64,000 nt of DNA, taken from assembly GCA_001643675.2 (NCBI GenBank), contig LSRY02000013.1, positions 1,302,001 through 1,366,000 on the forward strand, given 5' to 3'. Below, one piece after another: positions 21,701 through 34,199 of this stretch. Numbering within the stretch: the first letter of the stretch is position 1; every line of letters begins with the position of its first letter. The translations under genes and the position numbers were made by a program. The stretch is from Monocercomonoides exilis PA203. Taxonomy: Eukaryota > Protista > Preaxostyla. The notes below the pieces were generated by a model that did not search any database, was not told the DNA's origin, and saw only the letters and a list, made by a program, of their open reading frames with translations.

Positions 21701-24700
21701 TCTTCTTCTTTCCTTCTCTTCTTCTCTTCTCTTTCTCTCTTCCTCTTCTCTTTCTCTTTCTCTTTCTCTCTTTTCTTTTTCTTCTTTCTTTTTCTTTTTC
21801 TTTTCTCTTTTCTCTTTCTTTCTCTTCTCCTCCTCTTCTTCTTTTCTCTTTCTTTCTTCTTCTTCTTTCTCTTCTCTTCTCGTCTTCTCTTCTTCTTCTT
21901 CTTCCTTCCTTATTCTTTCTTCTTCTTCCAAAACTCTTTTAATTCTTTCCTCTTCTTCTCTCATGTTATTTCTTTCTTCTTCTTCTTCTTCTTCTTCTTT
22001 CTCTCTTCTTCTCTTCTCTTCTTCTTCCTTCTCTTTCTCTTTCTCTTCTTTCTCTTTCTCTTCTTTCTCTTTCTCTATTTCTTTCTCTATTTCTATTCTC
22101 ATTCTTATTTCTTCTTCTTCCTTTTCCATCATCTTGCATGCTTCTCTTCTTTCTTCCTCTTCTCTTTCTTTCTCTCTTCTCAATATTTCTTTTTCTTCTT
22201 CTTCTTCTTTCTCTTTCTTTTTTCTTTCTTCTTCTTCCTTTTTCAGTTTTTCTTCCTCTTCTTCTCTTCTTCTTCTTCTTCTTTCTTCCTCTCCTTCTTC
22301 CTCTTCCTTCTCCATTCTCTTTCTCTCTTCCTCTTCATCATGCACTCTAATCAATATATTCTCTTCTTCTTTCTCTTCTTCTGCTTCTTCTCCTGCTTCT
22401 TCAATTTCTTCTTCTTCTTCTTCTTCTCTTCTCTTCTTCTCTTCTTCTTCTTCTTTCTCTCTCTTCTTTCTTTCTTCTTCCAATTTTCCTTCCATTTCTT
22501 TTTGTTTTCTCGTTTTTTCCTCTTCTTCTTCTCTTTCTCTCTTTCTCTTCTTCTCTTCTTCTTCTTCTTCTTCCTTTCTTCTTCTTTCTCTCTCTTTCTC
22601 TTCTTCTTCTTCTTCCTTTCTCTTTCTCTCTTTCTCCTTCTCTTCCTCTTTCTCCTTCTCTTCTTCTTCTTCTTCTTTTATTCTCTTCAATCTTTCTTGT
22701 TCTCTTCTTTCTCTCTCCATCTTCATAATTTGCTCCAACATTCTTCTTTTTCTCTCTTCTTCTCTTCTTTTTTTCTCTTCTTCTCTTCTTCTTTTCTTTT
22801 CTTCCGATTTCTTCTTCTTCTCAATAATGTCAAACAATCTTTGAACCCTTTCTTCTTCTTTCTTCCTTTTCGTTTCTTCTTCTCTCTTTCTTCTCTCTTC
22901 CAATTCTTTTTCTTCTTCTTCTTCTTCTTCTCTTTCTTTTCTCTTTCTTTCTTCTTCTTCTTCTTTCTTCTTCTTTCTTCTTCTTTCTTCTTCTTTTTTC
23001 TCTTTCTCTTCTTCTTCTCTTCTCTTCTTCTCTTCTTCCTTTTTCCTAATTCTTTCTTCCTCTTCTTTCTTTCTTCTTTCTTTCTCTTTCTCTTCTTTCT
23101 CTTTCTTTTCTTTCTCTTTCTTTTCTTTCTCTTTCTTTTCTTTCTCTTTCTTTTCTTTCTCTTTCTTTTCTTTCTCTTTCTCTTCTTTCTCCTTTTCCTC
23201 TTTCTCTTTCTCATATCTCATTTTAATCTCTTCTTCTTCATTATTCATTAGTTCCATTTCTTTCTCTTCATTCTCTTTCTCTTCTTTTCTTTTCTCCTCA
23301 ATCATTCTAATCTTTTCCTTTTCTTCTTCTTCTTCTTCTTCTCTCTTCTTTCTCTCTTCTTCTTCTTTCTCTTCTTTCTCTTTCTCTCTTCTCTTCCTTT
23401 CCTCTTCTTTCTTCTCAATCTCTTCCAATCTCTTCTTCTCCTCCTCCTCTTTCTCTTTCTCCTCTTTCTTCTTCCTCTCTTCTTCCATTTCCTCTTCTAT
23501 TTTCTTCCTTCTCATCTTCTCCTTCTCCTTTTCCTTTTCTCTTTCTCTTTCTCTTTCTTCTGCTTCTTCTCTTTGCTTCTTCTCCATCAAATACACTTTT
23601 CTAAGCTCTTCTTTCACTTTCCTCTTCAATTCTTCCTCTTTCTTCCTTATTTCTTCTTTCTTCTTCCTCTCCATCTCTTTCTCCTTCTTCATTCTTTCTG
23701 CCTCTATTTGCTTTCTCTTCTCTCTCTCTCTCTCTTTATCCCTTCTTCTCTGCTCTAATCTTCTTCTTCTTTCTTCTTCTTCTTTCTTCTTCCTCTCTTC
23801 TTCTTCTATTCTTTTCATTTCTTCCTCTTTCTTCTTTCTTTCTTCTTCTTCTCTTCTTCTTTCTTCTTCTTCTTTCTTTCTCCTCTCTTTTTCTTACATT
23901 TCCCTCTTCTTCCTCTCCTTCTTCTCTTTCTCTCTCTTCTTCTTCTCTTTCTCCTTCATCATCTTCTCTATTCTTCTCTTTATTTCTTCTTCTTCCTTCT
24001 CCATCATCTTTCTTTCTTTGGCTTCTCCTTCTTCTCTTTCTCTCTCTTTCTCTCTAAACATCATCATCATTTCTTCTTCTTTCTTCATTTCTTCTCTTTC
24101 TCTCTTCTTCTTCTCTTCTTCCTTTCTTCTTCTTCTCTCCATCTCTAATGCACTTCTTGCTTCTTCTTCAAACATTCTTCTTCTTTCTTCTTCTTCTCTT
24201 CTTTCTTCTTCTCTTTTCTTCCTCTTCTTCATCCTTTCCACACAAATATCTTCCATTCTCTTCATCTTCTCATTCTCTTTCTTCTCTTTCTCTCTAAATT
24301 CTTTCTTCTTCTTCTCTTCTTCTATTGCTTTCTTTCTTTCTTCTATAATTCTCCTTTTCTTCTCTTCTTCTTCTTTCAGCTTCATTTCTAGCTCTTCTCT
24401 TTGTTTTCTATACATTTCTTCATTTCTTCTTTGGATTTCTTCAATTTCTTTTCTTTTTCTTTCTGCTTCTTCTTTTCTTTTCTTCTTCCTCTCTTCCTCT
24501 TTCTTCTTCTTCTGCTCCATTATCTTCTTCTTCCTCTCCATCATTTGCTTTTTCTTCTCCTCTTTTATCTTCTTCTTCTTCTCTTCTTCTTCTTCTCTTT
24601 CTCTTTCTCTTTCTCTTTCTTCTTCCGCTTTCTTCTTTTTGTTTTCTTCTTCTTTCAAATACTTCTCTAATTTCTCCAATTTCTTTTCAATCTCCTCTTC

Positions 24701-27257
24701 TTTCTCTTCTTTCTCTTCTTCTTTGATTTTCTTCTTTGTAACTTGTTTTGTTGATTCTATTTCATTCTTGATGACGTTGTTACCCTTCTTTTCCTTCTTC
24801 TTCTTTTCATTTTTATCTTCTTCTTTTTCACTTTCTTTCTTCATTTCTTTCTTTATTTCATCTTTCTCCTCTTCCTTCTTCTCTTCCTTCTTCTCTATCT
24901 TCATTTCTTCTTCTTTCTCTTCTTTCTCTTTCTCTTCTTTCTCTTCTTTCTCTTTCTCTTCTTTCTCGTTAGCTTCTTCGTTTTCTTCATCTTCATCTAG
25001 TTTAAATCCAGTTTTTATACAAAACAAAACATTTTCTTCTTTCTCATTGTTTATTTCTTCTTCTTCTTTTCTTTCTCCTTTTTTGTTTCCTTCTTCTTCT
25101 CTTTCTCCTTCTTTCTTTCTTCTTTCTTCATTTGATAATTCATTGTCCTTTGCCACATCTTCCAATATAAATCCTCTTTGATATTCTTCTTCTTCTTCTT
25201 CTTTTATTTCTTCTTCTTTAATTTTCTCTTCTCTTTCTTCCTTTTCTTCTTCCTTTCCTTCCCTTCCTTTCTCTTTCTCTTTCTCCTTCTCCTTCTCCTT
25301 CTCCTTCTCCTTCTCCTTTTTCTTCTTCTTTTTCTCCTCTAATCCTTCAGGAATATACACATCATTCTCATATTTATTCATCTCCTTCTTCTTTCTTCTT
25401 CTTTCTTCTTCTTCTTCTTTTATTTCTTCTTCTTTTGTTTTTTCTTTTTCTTTTTCATTTATTTTTTCTTTTGCTTCTTCTTCTTTGTTAAATGAAGATT
25501 CTATTGATATTCCTTCTTGAGAAGATGAAGATGAAGAAGAAGATGATGATGAAGAGAAAGAGGAAGAAGAAAGATTAGAAGAAGAGGAAGAAGATGAAGA
25601 TGAAGATGAAGAAGAAGAAGATAAATATAATGATGATGAACCAATAAGAAACGAGCAAGAAGAAGAATTCGAAATTTCAGGTGAAGAAGAAGAAGAAGAG
25701 GAAGTTGAAGAAGAGGAAGAAGAGGAGGAAGAAGAAGAAGAAGAAGAAACAGAAAGAGAATCCGAAGAATCTGTTGATTCTTCAATAGAATCTTTCTTGT
25801 CTTTTGATATCTTCTTTGACGAAGGAGAATGAGAAGAAGAAGATGATGAAGGAGAAGAGGAGGAGGAGGAAGAAGAGGAAGAGGAAGAGGAAGAGGAAGA
25901 GGAAGAGGAAGAGGAAGAGGAAGAGGAAGAGGAAGAGGAAGAAGGTGGAGAAAGAGAAGATGAAGAAGAAAAGGAAGAAGCAGAAGAGGAAGAAGAATTA
26001 ACTTTGGAGAAAGAAGAAGAAGGAGAAGGAGACAAACGAAATATTTTCATCATCTTCAGAGATTCCAACAGAGAATCAGCTGAATGAAGAGAAAAGATGT
26101 CTGGATAGAGAGAAGAAGAAGAAGAAGAAGGAAGAGAATGAGAAGAAGAGGAGGAAGAAGAGGAAGAAGGAAGAGAAGAGTGAAGAAAAGAAGAAGAGGA
26201 AGAAGGAAGAGAAGAAGAGGAGGATGAGGGAAGAGAAGAAGATAATAAAGAAACGGAAGAAGAGGAAGGATAAGAGGAAGAATAAGAAGAAGAGGAAGGA
26301 AGAGAAGAAGAGGAAGAGGAAGAAGAAGAAGAAGAAGAATTAATAGAATTAGCATAGAAATGTTGATAAGGAGGAGAAAGAGGGATGGGATGAATGGCAG
26401 AAGGAGTTCTGAGATGAAGAGGATGATGAATATCTCTATGTGAAGGAGAAGATAAAGAAGAAGAAGAGAAAGAGGAGGAAGAAGAGGAAGAAGAAGATAA
26501 AGAAGAAGATAAAGAAGAAGATGATGAAACCTCTGATAAATGTGGAAGTGGAGGGAAAGAAACAACTTTACATGAAGAAGAAGAAGAAGTAGAAGTAGAA
26601 GTAGAAGTATAAGAAAGTTTTTCTTTCTCATATGATGAAGAATTGATTTCTTTTGAAGAAGATATTTCTTTCTTTTCATCAACCATACATGTTTTATCAT
26701 CTTTGGTGATTTCTTTATCTTCATCTCTTTCTCTATCTTCATTTTCTTCCTCTCTTTTCTCTTTTTCTTCCTCTTTCTTCCCTTTCTCTTCCTCTTTCTC
26801 TTCCCCTTTCTCTTCCCCTTTCTCCTCTTTCTCTTCCCCTTCTTTCTTCTCTTCCTTCTCCTCTTCCTTCTCCTTCTTCTCTTCTTCTCTCCCTTCATTC
26901 ATCATAAACACCTCATTATGTGCCAATGCTGCTACAGTCGCCAACGTCGAAGGAAGAAGAGGAGCAGTTTGAGAGAGCACAGAAAGATGGCTGAGGAGAA
27001 GAGGAACAGGAATTTGATGGTTGGCTGCAGAAGCAGGAGGAAGAGGATGGGTATATTGAGATGATTTTAAAGAATTAGAAGAATTAGAAGTATTAGAAGA
27101 AATTGAAGAAATTGAAGAAATTGAAGAATTTGTTGGTTTGTGGGGATTGGAAAGAGTTGAGGGATAAAAAGAATGAGAAGAATGAGAAGGGTTATAAGAA
27201 GGAATAATGGTTGATGTTGATGATGATGAGGGTAATGGTAATGAAGGCGCAATCAAT

Positions 27258-27288
<31 letters not shown>

Positions 27289-28282
27289 GTCTATTTGAAG
27301 CAATATTCATTGAATTTATTGTATTAACAGCATTTCCAGTGACTTGAACAGAAGGAATCACATATGCCTGGTATAAATTCTGAGCATTGGCAAGCTGTTG
27401 ATATTGATTATATTGCTGATATTGTTGCAGTTGCTGTAATTGCTGTAATTGCTGATAATCTGAAATATTTGAAATATTTTGAAAATTTGACATGTTTTGT
27501 ATATTTTGGGAATTTGACATGTTTTGATAATTCTGATATTGCTGAGGAAGATTCAATGGCAAATATGAAACAGATCCATTCAATGATTGAATATTTTGAT
27601 TTGTTTGTTGTTTCATTTGTTGTTGCTGCTGCTGTTGAATTTGCTGTTGAATCTGTTGAGATAAAAGAATTTGAGCATATTGCTGACTCAGAAATTGCTG
27701 GATGGCTTGATTTGTTTGATTAGATTGATCAGATTGATTAGTTTGGTCAGTTTGGTTTGCAACATCTCCACTGATAATATTTTGCATCTTTTTGATTTCT
27801 TCTTCTTTTCCTTCTTTTTCTTTTTCTTCTCCTTTTTCTTCTTCTTCTTTTCTCCCTTCTCCTTCTCCTTCTCCTTCTTTTTCTCCTTTTTCCTCTTTTT
27901 CTTTTTCTCCTTTATCTTTTTCTCCTTCTTCAGCTTTCACTTCTTTCTTATCGTCCTTCACATTCTTCTTTTCCTTCATTGAATCAACAGCTTCTGATGA
28001 TATCTTGTTCTTTTTTGGGACATATGAATGAATTTCCACTCCTTTCAGCTGTTCTGCGAGAGAAGAGGAAGATAATGTGTTAATGAGAAGAGGAGTAGAG
28101 GAAGAAGAGGAAGAAGAGGAAGATGAGGAGGAAGAAGAAGAAGATGATGATGATGGTGGTGGTGGCGTTGAAGTTATAGAAGAAGAAGAAGAAGAAGGCT
28201 TTGAAGAGGAAGAAGAGGAAGAAGGTGAAGAAGAAGAAGAAGATGATGATGATGCTGTTAAAGTTGCAGTTGTAGTGTTCGT

Positions 28283-28314
<32 letters not shown>

Positions 28315-30692
28315 GTGATGAAGAAGAATTCTGTGTTTTTTCCTCTGCTTTCACATTTGCTTTCACATTTGTCTTTGCCATTGTTTTTGAAGGCATCCAC
28401 ACAGGAGCACGAAGAGAAAGACGAGTTTTGATAGAAGAAGAAGTGGAGGAGGAGGAAGAAGAAGAAGATAAAGAGGATGATGATGAAGTGTTTACAGAAG
28501 GAATGGAAGGGTTAACAATCTGTGATGATTGAGAAGAAGGGAGAGAAGAAGAAGAAGAGGTAGAAGAAGAAGAAGTTGATTTCTTGTTCTCCTTCGCATT
28601 ATGTTTAGTCAGAACTATTTCTGACTTATCCTTCTTACAAGAATCAATAGCTGATGTGTCAGAACGCTTAGAACATTCAGAATTTGAAACTGGGGAAGAG
28701 GAAGAGGAAGAAGAAGAAGAAGAAGAGGAGGAGGAAGAAGAAGAAGAAGAAGAGGAGGAGGAAGAAGAAGAAGAAGAAGAATTAGCATTAGTATTTGTAT
28801 TAGCATTGCAATCACCTTCATTTCCTCCTTTCCTTTTCGTTCTGGGAACAAAATTAACAGACTTATCAACTTTTGTCTCAAGAACTTTCTTTACTGGCTT
28901 AAACTCTCTTGCATCAACAGAATAATGAATACATGATGGATCAATCATTATGCCCCCCAATGGATAGCCAAATCCTTCTACAAAGCCATTTTCTATCATT
29001 CCTTTTCTCTCTCCTCTTTCTCCTCTTTCTCCTTCTTCCTCTTCCTCTTCTTCAAACAGCTCATCATCTGCAAATCTTGGGTCAATTGCATCCACACTCA
29101 TCATCAGCTCTGCTTCATCCAGGTCTTCCTCATCTTCTGCATTGTAATATCTTATCCGCCCTTCATCAGGCGAAAGCACATCATTGTATTCGATTTCATT
29201 CAGTTCATTGTCATTGGCATTGTTATTGTTATTGTTATTATTAGTGAAGTTATTGTTATCTATATCTATGTGATGAAATGAAGCTGGAATTCCATGAGAA
29301 TGATCTAATGATGATGATGATGATGATGATGATTGTGGTGGAAATGATGATGATAAATAACAGGAAGAAGAAGAAGATGATGATGGCAATGATGAAGAAG
29401 CAATGGGAAATGAGGAAGAAGCATATGGAATGAAAGAAGACAAAGAAGAGAAGCCATTGTATGACATGCATCCATCTGTCTGTGTGCAAGCAGTAGACGA
29501 TTGAAGAGGAACAACTGGAACTGAAGTAGTTGTTGAAGAAGAAGAGGAGGAAAAAGAAGAGGAAGAGGAAGAGGAAGAGGAAGAGGAAGAGGAAGAGGAA
29601 GAGGAAGAGGAAGAGGAAGAAGATGGTGATAAAGAGGAAGAAGCAGAAGTTGAACCCACAACAGGTATAGATGAAGATGTGGTTGAAGAAGAGGATGAAA
29701 CTGATGATGAAGGTTGCGAAGGGAACGATGATATTGTTGGCAATGCTGAAGAAGGGACAGACGAAGAAGAGGAAGAAGAAGAAGAAGAAGAAATCAGTGA
29801 CTGCTCAGAAGGAGAGCCGGTAAAAATGAATGGATATCCAAAGAATGGAGCGTAGCTGAAGGAAGGAAAAGCATCTTGTTGCATTGGCAGAGGAAAATAA
29901 GGCTGTTGCTGCAGAAGGAGAGTTGCCTCAGACGATGGAGACTGCACAGAACCCGCCAGAACGGACGGGTTATGAGAAGGCATTTTACACCCTCGTGCGA
30001 ATTGAGCCAATGGAAGGAGGTTTGAGGAGCGATCCATCAACAGCTTGCCCTGAAGCCCTTCAGCCCCGCGCCCAAACCCCTTCTGTGGACCATCAATGCT
30101 TCCGATGCAGCTCAGAAGATATTCGTTAAATGAATCTGCCATCAGCTGTGGGAAAAGCCCGGGTGTGGTTGATATCGTTGAAAGAGCTTTCGAAGTGTGA
30201 GTATTCGCTAGCAAAGAAGTCAAAGATCCAATGCTTCCTCCACCGCGTCCAACTCCCATTTTTGATGTTGCAGCTTTGCTTTCGAATCTATTTGATTCAT
30301 TCAAATCACGCTTAAAACCAGAATTCTTTGAAGTTTTTGCATTTTAATACAGAAAAGAAACATTTTGAAATAATAAAAGAAAAAAATGAAATAATTTATA
30401 AAATTTTTCAGAAATGACAAAAGACAAAATCACGAACAATCCGAATCCTATCTTTAACTTTCAAAGAGGAGCTTCGACAAGATTGTGAATTAAGCTGCTG
30501 GCTCACTGGCCTTTGAGAAAGAAAGCTTCGTGATTCATAAAGGTTCATATTTTTTGTCATTTCAAAATAAATGCCAAATGAAAAGTATTATATAAACCTA
30601 AAACGTTTTTCACACTTAATATCATCAATCGAAGTCTCAAAATCACGAATAAGCAGCGTTTTTGCATCGAGAAAATTTTCGTTATCACTCAT
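15758..30692 (-). CDS. Giant eIF4G-like MIF4G-domain protein (~4,900 aa if joined). Proposed exons 30692-30598, 30525-30459 and 30325-15758, with one in-frame TAA at 23894-23896
   Basis: MIF4G helices KIRSLLNIISESTF, VKGIVNELTEKAIFESKYVELYAQL, FRAYL...EEF, RLKGTITFVGSL, DMMQLATFLTHVG and PRVKFMLMDVLDL (about 18490-16965). YSLKELV fits YxxxxL-phi (~19796-19816). PAM2-like SVDAREFKP and LSLRAPVWMP. The ORFs 23894-30304 and 15758-23818 are in the same frame (75-nt gap). Two GT-AG introns join an upstream ATG in frame. Confidence 0.75.
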
Positions 30693-31668
30693 GATTGGAG
30701 CATATTTTGCTGCGGGATTTGTCTAAATCATTTTAAAAAGCAATATTATTAATAAATTAAATGATAAATCAATTAAATATATTTTTTTAAGGTTGTAAAC
30801 AAATAAATAACGCAATAAAATTATTTTTTAGATTTGTAGACCTGTATTTTTGAACCTGACAATTTTCGAAGATTTTTCCCATTCCCTTCAAAAATCATAT
30901 TGTACTTTTCGGTCAATTACGTTGGGTTTTGTGTTTTCTACGAATACTTGTAATGATATAAATGATTAATTGATCCGACCCATTTTTAATATTTTTGATT
31001 CTGTCTTTGTTTAAGAATGCATTAATTTTTGTTGTCTTTTGTGCATTATGATTTTTCGATAGAAAAAAATTCGGAGAAAAAATCATTGATGATTTCATAA
31101 ATGAAAGAATTCTGTTCAAAGAACAAAATATTTTTTATCATTAATTCACATTGACATATCGATCATATTTCGGTAAATTGAAACCATAGTGAAAATTTGA
31201 GTTTTTATTTTTGAAATCATGTTTTTTTATCCAAAATTTTCAATTTATAAATTTCTTTTAAATATTAACCAATGAACAATGAAAAGTGAAAACACATATG
31301 GGTGATTTTTTTAGAAATCATAAAAAAAGATCAAAAATTGAAAAAATTAAATCTATTGTGGTAATTTTTGATCATAAAATTAAATTGATTTGTAACTAGT
31401 ATTTAGCTTTGATTTCTGTGATGAATATTTGTTTTATTTTAATATGCAAAAAAAAATAAAAAATAAAAAAAACATACCTTTTTTATGTTTTTTATGAAAG
31501 AGAATTTTTTGATCAAGTTTTAAAAAAAATTGAAAAATCGATCTTTGAAAGGAAAATAAAAATTCACAGTATTTGTATTGTTATACAAATGCTTAAAGAA
31601 CATTATAAATAAAGATTGGAGAATATTTCAATTAGGATTAAAAAATTAAAAATTTTAAAGGATGATAA

Positions 31669-32892
31669 ATGTTTGTTTTCTCCAGTTCTTCAGCGAAAAT
31701 TGTTTTGTCATATCTATCTTCCAGCTATGAGGCCCAGCAGTTTCAGCAAAAGTTGAACGAAATTGATGAACATCAGATAACGCTAAGAACAACAACTATC
31801 TCCACCTATTTGCTTCTATCTTTATTCTTCCTATTTAATTCACTTTTTGCTTCCTTTTCCATCTGCCACTCATATTCCTCCCATTTCCGCTTTTCCTCCA
31901 CAAATCCTCAATTCGAAAATACCACTAAAATTGAAAACTTCACTCTCCAATGTTTTCTACTATTATTTCTCCACGTCAATCTGTTATTCCAAAACCTTTT
32001 ATTGATATTGATTGCTCTTTCTTCTCTTTTCAATCCAATATTCAACAAAATTCTCTTCTTTCTTCCATTATTCTTCCTAAAAAATTTTTTTGCAATATTC
32101 TCTCTGTCTCGTTTCCATTTTCCATTCATATTTGATAGTTCCATCATTCTCAATAAGCGCAATATTTTCTTCCTTTCTTCCCTTTCCATCATCAACTGCA
32201 CCAAAAACAGCATCATCTTAGCATAGCTGAACCAAAAAACTGCAACCAATGGTGGGCGCATCTCATTCGCCTCATCTGCCTCTGCCAACTCGTTTTCAGT
32301 GAGCAGCACCACCTTCTCCACCTGCTCTATAAGCGAGGATACAAGTTCTGGAGGAAGAGGCGGTGCTCTCATGATCGAGTACAAGGATGATTCACAAGTG
32401 TCATCCACAACCTTTTCCATCACCAATATCGTGTTTTCAGCCAACAAGGCCAGTGCCGGAAGAGATGTGTATTTTGTGTGTGAATCCCTTGTCGCTTCTG
32501 TGAAAGAGCCCATGTTCACTTTCATGACAAACATCACTCAGAAAGACAACTCGGTTGTTGGATATGACAGAACAGATGCCTTTTGCATCCGAAATGTCGA
32601 TTTGTTTATATTTCTCAAAGGGAATTTCGCTGGAAATGGATATGCGGATAATCATCTTGGAATCAAGGAAGTGAATTGATGGCTATCAAAGATGCCCTGC
32701 AAGAGCACACACAATGCGAAGGAGCTTCTGAAGAAGGCGCAGAACATAAGGCAGAGACTTTTGAGTGAGCTGATTTGTCTGTGGATTTGTATGTGTGATA
32801 ATCAAATGGAAGAATGGAGTTTAGATAAAATTGAAGAAGAAGAGGAAGCAACAATTGAAGAAAGTGTGGAAGTTCAGATGACGTTAAATTGA
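31669..32892 (+). pseudogene. Decayed fragment of the GG-motif surface family, close paralog of the gene at 1-3023
   Basis: About 32190-32610 aligns by eye with the reverse complement of about 160-560 (NGG.ISFASSA...SSGGRGGALMIEYKD...ASAGRDVYFVC.SLVASVKEP). In-frame TAG at 32224-32226 and a frameshift near 32650. Confidence 0.8.
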
Positions 32893-33217
32893 AGCGAACG
32901 ATAATCCTCTTCATTTCAGTCATAGAAAATCATAATTATTTCATTCACCACTTCTCTAACATCTTCTTTTCTATATTTCTAATTTAATTTCATACGGATA
33001 GTGCCATTCGCTGTCAAATGTTCAACTTCTTCTTTCCTCCCTTTAACTTTCTCTATTCATCATGAAACATTTTTTCCCCATAACATTTGCTCAATCACAT
33101 TTGTAACAATTATCCAATTAAACTTCTCCCTCTTCTCCTTCGACATAACTATCACATTTAACAAGAATAACTTTCTCTTCTTCTTCTATTGCTCCTTCAT
33201 TAACTTCATCTTCATTC

Positions 33218-33330
33218 ATTTTATCTCCTTCATCTCCTTCCCCTTCAACTCCTTCATCTCCTTCATCTCCTTCATCTCCTTCATCTCCTTCATCTCCTTC
33301 ATCTCCTTCTTCTCCTTCTTCTCCTTCTTC
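33218..33330 (+). repeat. 9-bp tandem repeat (CTTCATCTC)n
   Basis: Visible tandem copies. Confidence 0.9.
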
Positions 33331-34199
33331 TCCCTCTCTTTCTTTCAACACATTAGAAAATATATTTTTATTCTCTTAACTTTCTCAATTTGTACTTTCT
33401 AATTACTTTCTCATTTCGCTCATATGCTGAATCTTCACTCTTCTGCGTCTTGTTGAAGCTTTACGGAATTTTTGTTTCTTTTCTTTTGCTTCCTCCTACG
33501 CTAAATGAGTTAAAATATTCGTTGAATTCGCTTCATTCAGTTATCTTCTCTTCTCTCTGCTCTTATTATGCTTATGTTCCATTGTTTTAGCATCCACTTC
33601 ATCTCTCTTTTCCTTTTTCTCATTTCTCGTGAATATATATTCCACATTTTTCCCATCATTATCATCATCATTATTTCTTCAATCGTATCTACTCCTTCCC
33701 TTCCTTCACTTCCTCATTTTTCTTTTCAATCTCATCCTCCTATCAGATTGTTAAATTAAATGCGTTTTGTGTTGTGTTTCAGAAGAATGTCTTCTCACAC
33801 CTGAATATCACCATCCGCGAACATTTTTGCAATACAGGGGTCATCTGCAGAAAGTTGTTGTGCTGCTGATGCAGAAATCGATAATTGATCTGATGATGGG
33901 GTTGCTAGAGGAGAACATCGAGATAAAGATGTTTGGCTCATTGCTATGGTGAAAGTGCTGGACAACTAGGAGACAACGACCTAGGGCTTCAGCTGTGCTC
34001 GCTGGACTGGCTGGTGAGGAAAATGCGAATAGCTTCGCTGATCAGGCCAAGAGAAAGAGAGTCATTTAATATGAAAATTCCATGTTGTGTGCAATTAGTG
34101 ATGGTAATTTCGTTGTTGCATAATGTGTTGCTGAAGGAGCCTTGTTGAAGTTCGAAGTGCCTCTGCTTATTGAACATGCCTCAAGTGTCGCTGAAGAGC

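Noticed and set aside
15933-30315. Numerous + strand ORFs (poly-E, poly-F/S/L) opposite the eIF4G-like gene, and similar antisense ORFs over the CCP, helicase and DIRS genes
   Set aside because: Shadow frames of low-complexity or coding sequence, with no domain motifs.
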